DNA of 64,000 bases from Ostrea edulis (Eukaryota), in the NCBI RefSeq assembly GCF_947568905.1, contig NC_079172.1, forward strand, positions 10,292,001 through 10,356,000. Direction: 5' to 3'. The stretch's first letter is position 1, and every line of letters begins with the position of its first letter. This document shows, in pieces, positions 14,811 to 25,968 of this stretch. The notes under the pieces were generated by a model. The model saw only the letters and a program-made list of their open reading frames with translations, was not told the DNA's origin and did no database searches. Made by a program: the position numbers and the translations under genes.

Positions 14811-15703
14811 AGGAAGGGTAGGTCACTCATTGCGATTAAACCGGAAGTAAGACAGTCTAGCGAAATTCTTAGGCACTTGGAGGTGTAAAAACATCTTTTC
14901 CTTCGAATGAACGGCATTGAAGCGGAACAAAACCGTACAGATATTAAAAGTAAGGTATATGTGAACGATTCATCGCGTCAGGCCGTTTGAGAAACGCCCA
15001 CAATAACCCAAACCCGAATTTGCCTTAAAAAGAGTGTCCTACCCTTCCTTTTTAATATATTCGATCAGTGCATACTATCTATTCAAGATATATTTCTGGA
15101 TTCAGGTACTCTTCACACAATTACTCTGAAAAAATATAGTTCCATTCATGATCAGCAGATACAGGATTACAACAAATGTATAGAATATCGATGTGTATGT
15201 AATACGTGGGAGAAAACAAAATTAAAGTCAAATGTTTTTAAGAAAAATCACTTTTCCCCCCCAGAAATGTATATAAGAAGTGTTCATATTCCTACGCTAG
15301 CTGCTTCCTCAGTCTTTTCGATTGAAATTTTTTTCACGATTGACCCAGCAGGCACGCAACGTTGTTTCAACGTTGATATTTGGATGTGACGTCGAACAAC
15401 CATTTTTCAACGTTGGTTCAACGTTACTATTTCGACGTCGAAATTTCAACGTTGCACTAACGTTGAATCAACGTTTAGAATCAAGTGTTGGAAGGGTTCC
15501 AAATAATTATGTTTTTCTTAATTCGTGTTAATTAATCTGTGTATACTCAATAAAGTATAAATTTATCATTTTGAAAGAGGATTTAAAATTAGTCGACAAT
15601 TCGACGTCTATATGACGTCTAAGTGACGTTGAAAATAAATGATTTTACAAACACGTACATATTTTGATAAAAATTATTTAAAAAAAAAAAAATCAGTATA
15701 AGA

Positions 15704-15739
<36 letters not shown>

Positions 15740-18700
15740 TCTAATATGTTTTTAAAATACATGTTTGGCTACTATTAAAGGGCGGGTAACTCTAATTCCG
15801 GTTTATGACAGGAAGTGTACGATTAAAAGCGCGGGCTTTCAGCGAGGTAAACAAAGGAAGACAAAGAGAGGGAATATACGATCTACACGAACTGAGCGGT
15901 GCTAGAGGTAAACATTACTAATTGATATAGAAAAATAATGTTAAATTGCAAATAATTAAGTAGATTTTAATGTTTTGATTTAATAGGAATTAATTACATT
16001 GAGTGATTGCAACACGGGGAATACAGCGAATGCATGTTATGCTGATCGCAGTTATGTATTATATAGATTACTTAGTACAATATAACTTACATGTCAACTT
16101 AGATTTAATAAGAAGTAGTACGTATAGACAACAAATATAACATGCAGCCACACTTATAATTAGATCAGATCAGAACGTTCAAGGAAAAAGCCATGCGTGG
16201 ATCTAGAGACAGGGTCCCCCTTGGAATTTGCTGAGTTATTAAATGTACATAGTAAAGTAACAAAAAATGACCATGGACCCCCGATTCGTTTAACTTGAAA
16301 GTCGTGGATATTATGCCTAAGGAGTAGGAAATCGGCTCGATCATCACCACTTCCACCCCCCCCCCCCACCCCCCCCCCCCCCCCCCCACTCGAAATGGGT
16401 TTTTCACGTGTGGAGAATTCTGTTTTCTTTTTCTTTGCTTGTCAAGAAAAAATCTAAATGGCCTGGATTTTTTGTTTGGACTGGGGTGGGGAAAAATATG
16501 GATTCATGCCTGAAAAGGGGGATTAAGTAACTGAATTTAGTTTTGTAAGATTGTTCTGTTGTACGTGTGTGGGCCCAGATTCGGTGTATGAATGGCGGTA
16601 TACATAAATTCCTAAATTATTAAGATATTTTAATTGACAACTTATGTGAAATAACATAAAATTGACATAAATACATGTGAATTAAGGCCTGCCATTCGTT
16701 GGGGGGGGGGGGGGGGTGTTGTTGTAAAATGCCTTCTCAATTCTCGCATTTTTCCCCATACAGATGTTTGGCTAATGACATGATGGCAAGAATGAATTTG
16801 TGAGCAAACAAGGGAAAGGCAGCCTTCAGCAGAACAATTCTGTATTCCGTTATAAAAGGTAGATATCACGTTTTATTTAACATATCACTAAAAGGTTAGA
16901 AAGAAAAGTAATCCAGAAATATGCAAGTTCATGATCTACCTTAAACATGTTAAATGCTCAATTAACACTTTAACTGATATATGATTTTTGATTAATTTCA
17001 GAATGTGTACTTGCCAGCAATCCAAGGGCAACTGAAAGCAACATAGACTAGATCATGGGGAACCCCTGAAAGAGCTGGAGGAGGTGGCCGAAAAAAGAAC
17101 AATGGACTAATAGGCTTTAATTAAAAATATAGTTTTTTGTGGGTCACTCACACTCTTGGAAAAAAACCACTCTAGTTAAATATCTTAACTATTGCTTCTG
17201 CAATAGAAAGTAATTATCAAAGTTAATAAATCTTATACTATCATTCTATTAATTTTTGTTTTTGAATGGAAATTTAATTTTTGAAACCATGTGAAAAATC
17301 TGACAAATTTATTTTGCCTTTCATTTGCGTGTATAAATGAATTTAACCTTGTATCATTGTTGTAATTTTTTACAGTGGAAGTTATAGAGTTTCACTTGTA
17401 TTATTCATGTTGTTGTCATTATTCTTTTTGTAAGAATTAAATTAGGGAAGTAAGGATTAGTAATTGTATTTAGAATTGTGGATTACAGCCTGATGTTTAC
17501 CATTTTTCAGCATGTACACTCAACTTTGCAATAAAGATCAATAATATTTTCAAAACCTTCTTTCAACCTTATTTCAACGTCACATCAACGTCATAAATTG
17601 ACGTTGAATCAACGTAAGTTTTCAACGTCGATTCAATTAACAAATCCAACCAAATTTCAACGTCATTTCAACGTCACAATACGACGTTGTTTCAACGTTG
17701 ATGTGCCTGCTGGGTGATTATACTATTGCAACAATTATATTACTTTGATGAATATTGTTCGTTAATTATCATACAATTTCTTCTGAGAGAGAATGTTAAT
17801 CGTTAATTTATGTGGGGTTTTCCCGTTGTTTAATGACGAAATGCGTATACAAAACTCAACACCTGGATTCGGACCACAATTAAAAGGTGAAGGTCACCAG
17901 TCTGAAGATATTTGCAATGTATTCAGTGTGACATATACATGTCTATTAATTTTTTTAAGGGTTTCTTTGCTGTTAAGGTTATACCATACACAAAATTTGG
18001 AGAAAGTGTAGATTACATCAATCCTTCTTGTTTTTGCCATTCTAAAGTTCACATTAATTTGTTAAATGGTAAAAACTAGAGTACAATTGTATTTATTCCG
18101 AGAGATTTCAATTTTTTCATGTCTTTGCTTTGAATTTCCATACAGATATAAAAGGAGAAATTTGGGAAGAATGATGAAATAAGACTGGTTTGATAGGGAA
18201 ATTTTGTGATAGAAATGATCATTTTTAGCAAATATTAAGCCTGCACAAAGTATGTGCCCCAATAAGTTGTATTAATAGGTATACGCATTCTCATGTAGTA
18301 TTTTTAAAGCTATACTTTTCTGCTGTATTTTAATAAATTTGCTAATCCCCAACTTCCTTGATTTCCTTCTTTATCATTCGACAAAAAAGCATAAATATCT
18401 TTGTACCGTATTTGTGTCATCTATCCATTTTTTCATATGTCTTGCAAGCACCGGTGTGTGCACTGTTTGCTAGTGACAAAAGACTGGTGACGGTATTTGC
18501 TACGGACATGAAGGACTATACACCAGTTTCATAACAAGTGCAGTCTTTTCTTAGAGATCAGCTGAGCATAGTGAAAATTCAAGTAAATTAAAAGTCGAAT
18601 ATCTTGGATATGGGGTAACCCATATCTATTCTTGTTTATACATGCACATACTATATATTTACATTAACTTCCAGTGCCCGTGGGTTAATTTACAGAAACC

Positions 18701-21700
18701 TTGTAAAAGTTCCTAAAATCCAATATCAATTTTATGTTTTGGACTAAATATTTAGTCATGTTATGAAATGCTTTTGGTGCAATTAAATTGATGCTTACTG
18801 TAAATTGTTTAAAATCGCTGTTTTCTTATCCTAAATTGGAACTACTTCGTAATATGCGTATGAATGTAGGACATTCAAGTGGTGGAAATTTAATGCATGA
18901 ACTCAAAAGTAAGAAAGACTGTAAAAATACAATAAAACTTGTAAAATAAGAGACAAACAACTAAATGTTAAAAATGCATACATAATAAAGTGCCAGTGGG
19001 CTATGAAAAGAGCCCTGATGTATCACCTGTTGCCAGAACTTTTAAAGGGAAAGGAAACGAGAATGGCTATTCACATCATGTGATTATACTGTCACGTGAT
19101 TCCGGGGTGTAAGTGAATCTTGCGTAACGCGCCCTCTCGTGAGAGAATGTTGGACCATAGGCATGTGTTTCTAACAGAAACATGATATTCTAAGTTGAAA
19201 TAAAAATGTGTTTCAAGATATATTTTATTTGAATCTTGAAAGATGTAAATGAAAGGTGAAGATAAGAAACAGTTATCAATCTCATAACTCCTATAAGCAA
19301 TACAAAATAGAGACTTGGGCAAACACGGACCCCTGAATATATCAGAGGTGGGATCAGGTGTCTAGGAGTAAGCATTAATTCCCTGTCGATCAGTCACACC
19401 CGCCATGAGCCTGTAATAGTTATATTTCATTAGAAGTCTTAAAATTATTGCTAGAGCTGCATGCAACAAGTATAGAATATTTGTAGCCTTGACCTTTAAC
19501 CTCATACATGTAATTATGAGTCATCCTTGTATATGATCTGGACGTTAAAGTTCAGATTCAACAGGGGCACACTCTGGTCTAGATGATAACGACTAGAACC
19601 CGGTTTAACCTCGCTTATATATTTGGAAATCTGGATTCATGCTGTAAATTTCATTTTTGAAAATACATAAGGGTATACATCCTCACAATTTCAGAGGTCC
19701 TGAGTCCACTCGGTGTCCGTGGGAACACGGACAAGAGTGGACTCAGGACCCCTGACATTCTAAAAATGAAGGGTATAAACTAATCTCGGTTGAGATTCGG
19801 CTCGGCTGAACATTTGGACTGACGCCCTCACCGGTGAAGGCGTCAGTCCAAATATTCAGCCGAGCCGAATCTCAACCAAGATTAGGTATAAACAGCAACG
19901 CTTTTTATGCTGACGTAAAGCAGCGCAGTTCGTGCGGCCGCTCATGTACATGTATTTTCAAAAATGAAATTCATTTCCTAGATATACATTTGAGTTATAA
20001 CGTTTAATTGTCACAAAGGTAAAACTCGATATATCAAAGCTAGTACAACTGTACTTACACTTATTGCAAAATACTACTATTTAAGCTTCAATATCAAGAC
20101 CAAAAGCAGGTTTTGAAGGGAAAAAGAAAGATAATTGTCTAATTGTGAAACACTATTCCGATATTGAGGTCATGCTCGGTTGTTGTCCTAGATTTATGAC
20201 CTTGACCTTTATCAATTGTACATACATTTCAGCTAACTACATGCAAGAATGATTCAAATTTAACGAAAGTTTCGGTTGATGATAGACAAAGATAAAGAGA
20301 GAAACCAAAAACCCCTCTACCGATCTTCGATCTCGGAGGCATGGTGATACATCAGAGCAAGGTTAGCATTCTATTATACTTTCTTTTATGTCCCTGCCAT
20401 CGAAGACTGAAGTAGTTTGGTCTATGTGTCTGTTTGTCTGCAACGCTAACTTGGGTCGTGACTTTTAAACTATTCAAGCTAAGTGATGGGTTAAGGTCAA
20501 CACTGCGAATGATAAAGGTCATGCATAAAATTCAAGGTCACAATTGAACATGATCACGGACGGGGAATATTGTTTCTCGTGGACATTTTTGTAAATCAAG
20601 TTTGTTGTGTGGCATGCAGAGGGTAGTTGGCGATAGGTGGGTCAATGATCTACCAATTGTGTGCTCATCCATTTATCTAGGTGGATTCACATGTTTACAA
20701 CAAAGCCATTGTGCACTACACATTGTTCCTTGCGACACACTCTCAATACCTAATACGATACATGTAAAACATACCCCTTTGATTAGTTCCCCTATCATTC
20801 CAGTCCAGTTATTATATTTGTCTTGGGTGCCAAACCTGAAGTCTCCAACATGACTAATTTCAAACTTTGCGTTGATAATTGGTTCTATTTTTCTTAACAA
20901 GTCGGGAATCAGGCCTTTGAATTCAGTAAGAGCGCCTTCCTTTTTAATTACGAAAGGATTATCCTGAAAAATAAAACATCATAAAATCATTGTGAACATT
21001 TGTGAAATTTTTTTAGTTGTAATATTTAATCAACTATCACATTTTATATCAAATTAATATATCACATATCCATCTACATACATATACGTACATGTACATT
21101 TATACACCAACACACACATTGAAGATATGTACACGCGTTAATGTAAAAGTCATTTTAAATATAGAAGAAAAAAGAAGAGAAAAAAAATAAGAAAGGAAAG
21201 AAAAGAGGAGAGAAAGTTAAATAAATGAAAAAATACAAATAATAATAATATAAATGGGGCACGTGTTCGGGGGGGGGGGGTAGTAAGCAAAATTAGTTTT
21301 CTAATAAAAATATTAATGAATACATACAAATTATAACATATCACATATATACTGCCAGTTGTTTTTAACCTCAGTATATTTACATTGTTTTAACAATAAA
21401 CAAATTTCTATCATGATTCTTTCTTCAATTATTGCTTTGTACTTAGCAAAGGGTGGCTTTTGTACTTAATCAAAAATATATAATTCTTAATTATCAAAGT
21501 TATCAAATTTTGTACTTTATAAGCATCCTTGTTCTTATATTCACCAAATAATATTGTTGTTCTGTCAAAAGATAAAGATATTCTAAACTTGTATAACACC
21601 CAGCAAATAGATGTTCAATTGATTCAATTTCATTATTGCAGAAACAACATGTTGGGGATTCTTTAATCTTAAGTTTTTATAGATATGAATTTGTGGGAAT

Positions 21701-24700
21701 TTGGAACTGTAGCCAATGAAGGTTTGATTCCTGTGTGACTTTAAAGGGGAGTTTAAAAATTTTGCTCCATTCACTTGAATTGAAATGGTATCCATATTCA
21801 TTCCATTTTAATATTGAAGTACTTGTTTCTTTCTTTCTATCAATGAGAATATTATACATATCTTTATATTCTTTCCTATTGATGTAGAATATTATCATAG
21901 AGCTAGGCATAATTGGTCAATAGGAAAGCATCGTATCATTTTGTTTTCTATTTACAAAAACTGTCCATCACTGCCCGTTCCAGACCACAATATTCAACAA
22001 AATTTGTTTTTACATTTGTGAAATGTAGTTTCGACGTATCCTGTTTGCAATGAATATGATTCAAATTTCCTTCAATCCTATCTAATGAAAAGTGAAGATA
22101 ACAAACAGTGATAAATCGCATAAATCCTATAAAGAATTGAGAGCGGGGCAAAAACGGACCTCTGGAAACACCAGAGAAATAAGCATCCCGGTGGCACCCG
22201 CCATGAGCCCTTTATCTTGATGTACGATTCTCTGGATTAGGTATTACGACAAACATCACGTGAACATTGTCTATGCAGATTTTGTTATTATTCGCCGGGT
22301 TAGTCAAACCGCACTACTGTGAAATGTCCTCGCGTTGCTCCTTAGTCGGAATATGTACTTCAAGTACTGTGATCCCACATCTTAAGGTGGCTAAGTACAC
22401 CCAGAAATAGTTTCTCAAATCAGTACGAATTGATTTAATTATGAAAGATATGATGATATACAATAAGCATATATGGCCAAAAAGGCAGAAAATATACAAA
22501 TTTGGATAAAAACATTATTTCAACACATATGAACAAAAGACTCTGGGGGATTTGAACTCGAGATCTGTGGTTCACCAGACCAATGCTTTAACCACTGAGC
22601 TAGCATGATATACAAACAAATCGATCGATACAAATAATTTCACAAAACATTTAAATCGCCATCTTGCCATATAAAGTATAAGCTTTAGTGTAGTGAGCTA
22701 CCTTAAATTATATCGTGATATGTACAGATGCCTCCCAAGCACACATCGAGAATAATTTAATTCTAAATCCAAGGGCTGGAATAAAACGTAATTTAAATCT
22801 TCGGCGGCGGTACAACAATGGTGTTCATGAGTTACCTGATACGACCACTTTAAAAACATGTATCTTACGTAACGACTCTACTCAAAGGTGTTAGAACACA
22901 AACGAGAGGCGTGATACTTACATTCAAACAGGAATTTGATGTGAAGCCCCAAAAAAGCGTAAATTATCCCATCGTATAAAACGCAAAATTTGATAAAGTG
23001 ATTTAACATTTAGGTGGGGAGGGGGCACTATGGCAAGATGGTAAATTAAGTAAAATATGTAAATATCAATTATGATTTCTCTCTCTTGATCCTTGTGAAA
23101 TCGACAGTATTAAAAAGATTGATAAACTTTATTTGATATCGATTTTATGCCTTATTTTAAGTGGACATGAAAACATGACTAATATGATAACCCAAACTTT
23201 GAGGCCTTCCCTGGAAATAATAGCGTAACTGACCATCAGTTTCCAGCTCGTGTTTTCTGTGTCTTAACGAATAGGAATGCTCTTTATAGATACACAAACG
23301 TGGATTGTCCTTTGGTTATTCTAAATATTTCATCAAGAAACGGAAAACGTGCGCAATATTTCCGAATCCATATGCATGTACATTCGCCTTCGTTGCATTA
23401 CGTGCAGGTGAGTAACTCGCCTGCATTCGATAAGCTTTCTCATCATATACATGCTGTAAAAGCACAGGAATAGAATTTTCTATAATTCTAATCGTCAGTG
23501 TTGTATGTAAATTGTACATGTAAAGAATGTATGATCATGACCGGCCTTGTCTTCAATGTGCACGGATTGTGTATGTTGATGCAGATCTGTGAATTCCCGT
23601 ACATTCTAGTCACGCATCATTAAGTTCTGAATTATTCATCGTACACGGTCTGTTGGTAAGTTCGGAGGCTACGGTATCTTCACCTTATACGCGCATGCAA
23701 TGGTGTCTGTATTTATCATGGGAGATATGCACGCTTCGAGGGCTAGACTAGCGAATAAGTCAATTGTAACAACCATGTATCAGAATGTATACGGCTCCCA
23801 AAGACTAGGATCCCGTGGGGATCCGGGTTAGAATAGGTCCTCAGTACCCCCCCCCCCCTTCCATGCTTGTCGTAAGAGGCGATTAATTGGGGCGGTCCTT
23901 CGGATGAGACCACAAAAACCGAGGCCCCGTGTCACAGCAGGTGTGGCACGATAAAGATCCCTCCCTACTCAATGGCCATAAACGCCGAGCATAGGCCTAA
24001 ATTTTGCAGCCCTTCACCGGCAGTGGTGACGTCTCCATATGAGTGAAATATTCTCTAGAGGGACGTAAAACAATATTTAATCAATCAATTAATCCAAACA
24101 CTTGGTTTCTTCAGAAGAAATATGGAAAGCAGGCGTTACGGGTATGAGCGAAATTCATAACTTCATGTCAGCTTTAACGTCATAAAAACGCAGTAAATTT
24201 ATCTTCTTGCCCCCATAAAACAATCGATGCATGATCCGGGTGTGGAAGGTGTGAATGCAACTTAAAAGATAAGCGTTCGTTTTTGGTGTGCGTCGATGAA
24301 ATGAAGTTGTGATAAGCAGTGGAAATTAGTCATCGGCTTGGATTGAGTATGCATGACAGGATTTGTCTCTTCCAGTTTCCATTTGAATGATTGTATTCTG
24401 ATCTGATATTGTCACGAAATGTAAATAATACGCGGTCGTCATGTTTTAACAGGTACAAATCGGGGTGTTTTAAACAAGCTAACTGTCGCCAGTAAATCGT
24501 GTATAGTAATATTCAAACTCATGATTCAGTTTGTCGGCATATTGCACACAACAAAAGATTCTTTTCGATAGACGTACATAAATAGACATTGAGAAATAAA
24601 TACAAACACTCACAAGAATCGTGGTGACCTTGTACGTCACATTCTGTCCCTGCAAAATATATATACACGTTTTTACTTTAGAATAAATGTGGCTATATTG

Positions 24701-24794
24701 AATAAAATTCTGGAGTAATATCATGACATGAACTTACTGAAGTTAGAGAAGCTAGGCCACAGAGTAGAAACAGACACACGTGACGGGTCCCCAT
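3920..24794 (-). CDS. Ionotropic glutamate receptor / IR-like channel lacking an amino-terminal domain; complete 7-exon gene, 479 aa
   Basis: Exons 24794-24738, 24649-24614, 20963-20775, 11982-11747, 11596-11505, 6035-5275 and 3988-3920 are joined by GT-AG introns with matching phases. They sum to 1440 nt (479 aa plus stop). Domain order is signal peptide, S1, M1, pore loop, M3, S2, M4, short tail. Confidence 0.9.
4720..5085 (+). mobile_element. Degenerate tRNA-derived SINE with an internal 22-bp tandem expansion
   Basis: The body aligns with the reverse complement of 61030-61367. Four to five copies of cttaaatatggaggtccgagac occupy 4860-4965. Confidence 0.7.
5275..6035 (-). CDS. iGluR-like exon 6: M3, S2 lobe, M4
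   Basis: Frame of ORF 5068-5973. Motifs FGTVQMGST, EEGIKRV, YAFIMEE, PCDL, DKW...GGC and M4. Acceptor cttttcag, donor GTGAGT. Confidence 0.95.
6470..6935 (+). mobile_element. Decayed retrotransposon integrase fragment
   Basis: Frameshifted pieces RETVTSFTSA, KNPNKNPVAENAVGELEDEL and LARLNSRIR..LSAR resemble an integrase core, including the third acidic residue helix. Confidence 0.55.
9716..10596 (+). mobile_element. Helentron/HINE-like non-autonomous element carrying about 4.5 tandem 147-159-bp repeats
   Basis: Units gaatatcatgtgac... start at about 9841, 9988, 10147, 10305 and 10461. They are followed by a (gacg/gaca)n microsatellite and the hairpin cccgaactttctttagaaagtgcggg. A related inverted array lies at about 25845-26400. 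Confidence 0.7.
10690..11335 (+). mobile_element. RTE-clade LINE 3' fragment
   Basis: LHRILRIFWPNT..NEELYRRT, KRKW.WIGH and PGKRNRGRPRETWRRS, followed by a (taag)n tail. Confidence 0.8.
11505..11596 (-). CDS. iGluR-like exon 5: M1-M2 loop and pore loop (FDPLEDD...VIFYRLCLQG)
   Basis: 92 nt, phase 2 to phase 1, exactly bridging exons 4 and 6. It ends in LQG like iGluR pore loops. Absent from the ORF track. Confidence 0.85.
11747..11982 (-). CDS. iGluR-like exon 4: end of S1 plus M1 (DADIAAASLTMTAERAKVISFAHPF...)
   Basis: ctctgcag acceptor, GTAAGT donor. ADIAAASLT-T--R-VI-F--PF is the canonical iGluR S1 signature. Confidence 0.95.
12797..13606 (-). mobile_element. 5'-truncated CR1-like LINE with a 13-bp target-site duplication
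   Basis: The minus strand encodes QILHARLHMNSSSLKYHLF..DSPLCLCG..HYLLECP and has a 3' AATAAA. TSD tctgccaacggtt at 12784-12796 and 13607-13619. Confidence 0.85.
13669..14809. mobile_element. Helentron/HINE-type element carrying a ~166-bp satellite array (Cg170/BIV160-like)
   Basis: Termini aacaagaggcccatgggcc..gctcacctgag and ctcaggtgagctaaaaa. About five 166-bp units span 13733-14560, and a (gacg/gaca)n tract lies at 14718-14752. Confidence 0.85.
15343..17715 (+). mobile_element. Non-autonomous TIR DNA transposon (CMC/EnSpm-like), 2.37 kb
   Basis: TIRs ACCCAGCAGGCAC and GTGCCTGCTGGGT, with dense subterminal aacgtt/gacgtc repeats at both ends. No transposase ORF. No clean TSD was seen. Confidence 0.75.
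20775..20963 (-). CDS. iGluR-like exon 3: S1 lobe (DNPFVIKK...GLIPDLL...FGTQDKYNNWTGMIGELIKG)
   Basis: ttttcag acceptor, GTATGT donor, 189 nt. WTGMIGEL corresponds to the iGluR W-N-GMVGEL motif. Confidence 0.93.
21330..21940 (-). mobile_element. L1/Tx1-like LINE 3' fragment
   Basis: WSKIFKLPFKVTQESNLHWLQFQI plus decayed zinc-knuckle remnants, typical of the zf-RVT region. Confidence 0.6.
22386..22702. mobile_element. TTAA-flanked MITE (Kolobok-like) with an internal tRNA-like segment
   Basis: TTAA|GGTGGCT...AGCTACC|TTAA. A/B-box-like sequence on the minus strand at 22541-22603. Confidence 0.7.
23817..24090 (+). mobile_element. SINE-like repeat, same family as 1583-1830
   Basis: Near-identical to 1583-1830 and ends in an (atca)n tail. 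Confidence 0.8.
24614..24649 (-). CDS. iGluR-like exon 2 (36 nt): GQNVTYKVTTIL, first strand of S1
   Basis: ttttgcag acceptor and GTGAGT donor. YKVTTIL matches the VTTI start of iGluR S1. Confidence 0.85.
24738..24794 (-). CDS. iGluR-like exon 1: signal peptide MGTRHVCLFLLCGLASLTS
   Basis: ATG at 24794, hydrophobic core, GTAAGT donor in phase 0. Confidence 0.8.
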
Positions 24795-25934
24795 GTTAAA
24801 ATCCTATACTCTCTGATTCTCGTGAAGAGGATCTTAAATAGTGACTGCACGTAGGTCGGTAAACCGTGTCATGTGTTTTAAATGTACACAGACAGTTTTA
24901 ACCTTAATTCTTCGATCGATAAACCGAGTGCGCATTTTCATGCATATACTATTATACACACAAAGATAAACCCTCCTGTGAACTTAAAAATGTTCATGGT
25001 TGTGAGATGCTTTCCAGGGATTATCAAGGGAGAAATGAAGGCATGGATATTCTAGGGGGTTATGAGGCATGGCAGCCTGGAAAAATGTTCCCCATAAATG
25101 AAATAAACTTGTGGGTTTTGAGAGTTTTCTACCATAAAGTAATCCGTTTCGTTCTCGTTTCTCCAGGCGATATGACAAGCAAAAGAAGAACTCGAGCAAA
25201 GAGCAAAATTACTTTCTTGATAAAGGAACAAATTCAGCCCCCCCCCCCTTTCTCTCTCTCTTAAAAGAGGAACGAGCCGAGTTTACTGAATCGGCGTTCG
25301 GATATTTTCATGAATATTATTTGTCTCACTGTTTTGAATTTTGGAGAATCTCTGGTTTTAAGGTACTGTTATGATGTTATTATGTACGTTTCTGATTTAA
25401 AATTACAGACTATTGCAAACAGTGCAGTCTGAAAACGATCAAATAATGATACATGTACTACATATATAAGTGGTTTAATGAGAGATAACCATGTGTTACA
25501 AATAGAATAGGATGTGGAGAGGATCGGGAAGTATCCCTCCTCTAACACCAACCACAAAACCAGATCTAGACCAAGAACACCGATTCAATCAGGATAAAGC
25601 AAGAAACCATTCAAACCCGTCCACATTTGTACACTTCTCTGAGTTAAGAAGGTGGAAACGTGAACAAATAGGAATGTTTTATATCATAGATCATTTAGTA
25701 GAAAAATATATTAACTGATAGTTTGCGACATTTTAAACATATTAAACTAGTTTTTACCCAGAAATTACGTGCATATGATAAACTGCTGCATTCAAGCTAA
25801 ACAAAGAGAAAATGATCAGATGTATTGTATATCATTAATAAAAATGATGGTGGGTGGTGTCCTGTAGATGTGCAATAAGGTTTCGGGATTTTCAATTTTA
25901 TCCTCGGGCATTTTCTGTCAAATACGTTTTTTTC

Positions 25935-25968
<34 letters not shown>

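Noticed and set aside
23316-23519. Candidate extra iGluR exon (HVYDEKAYRMQ, GC donor)
   Set aside because: Exons 2 and 3 already join in frame to give a continuous S1 start (VTTIL-DNPF), and the peptide has no iGluR similarity.
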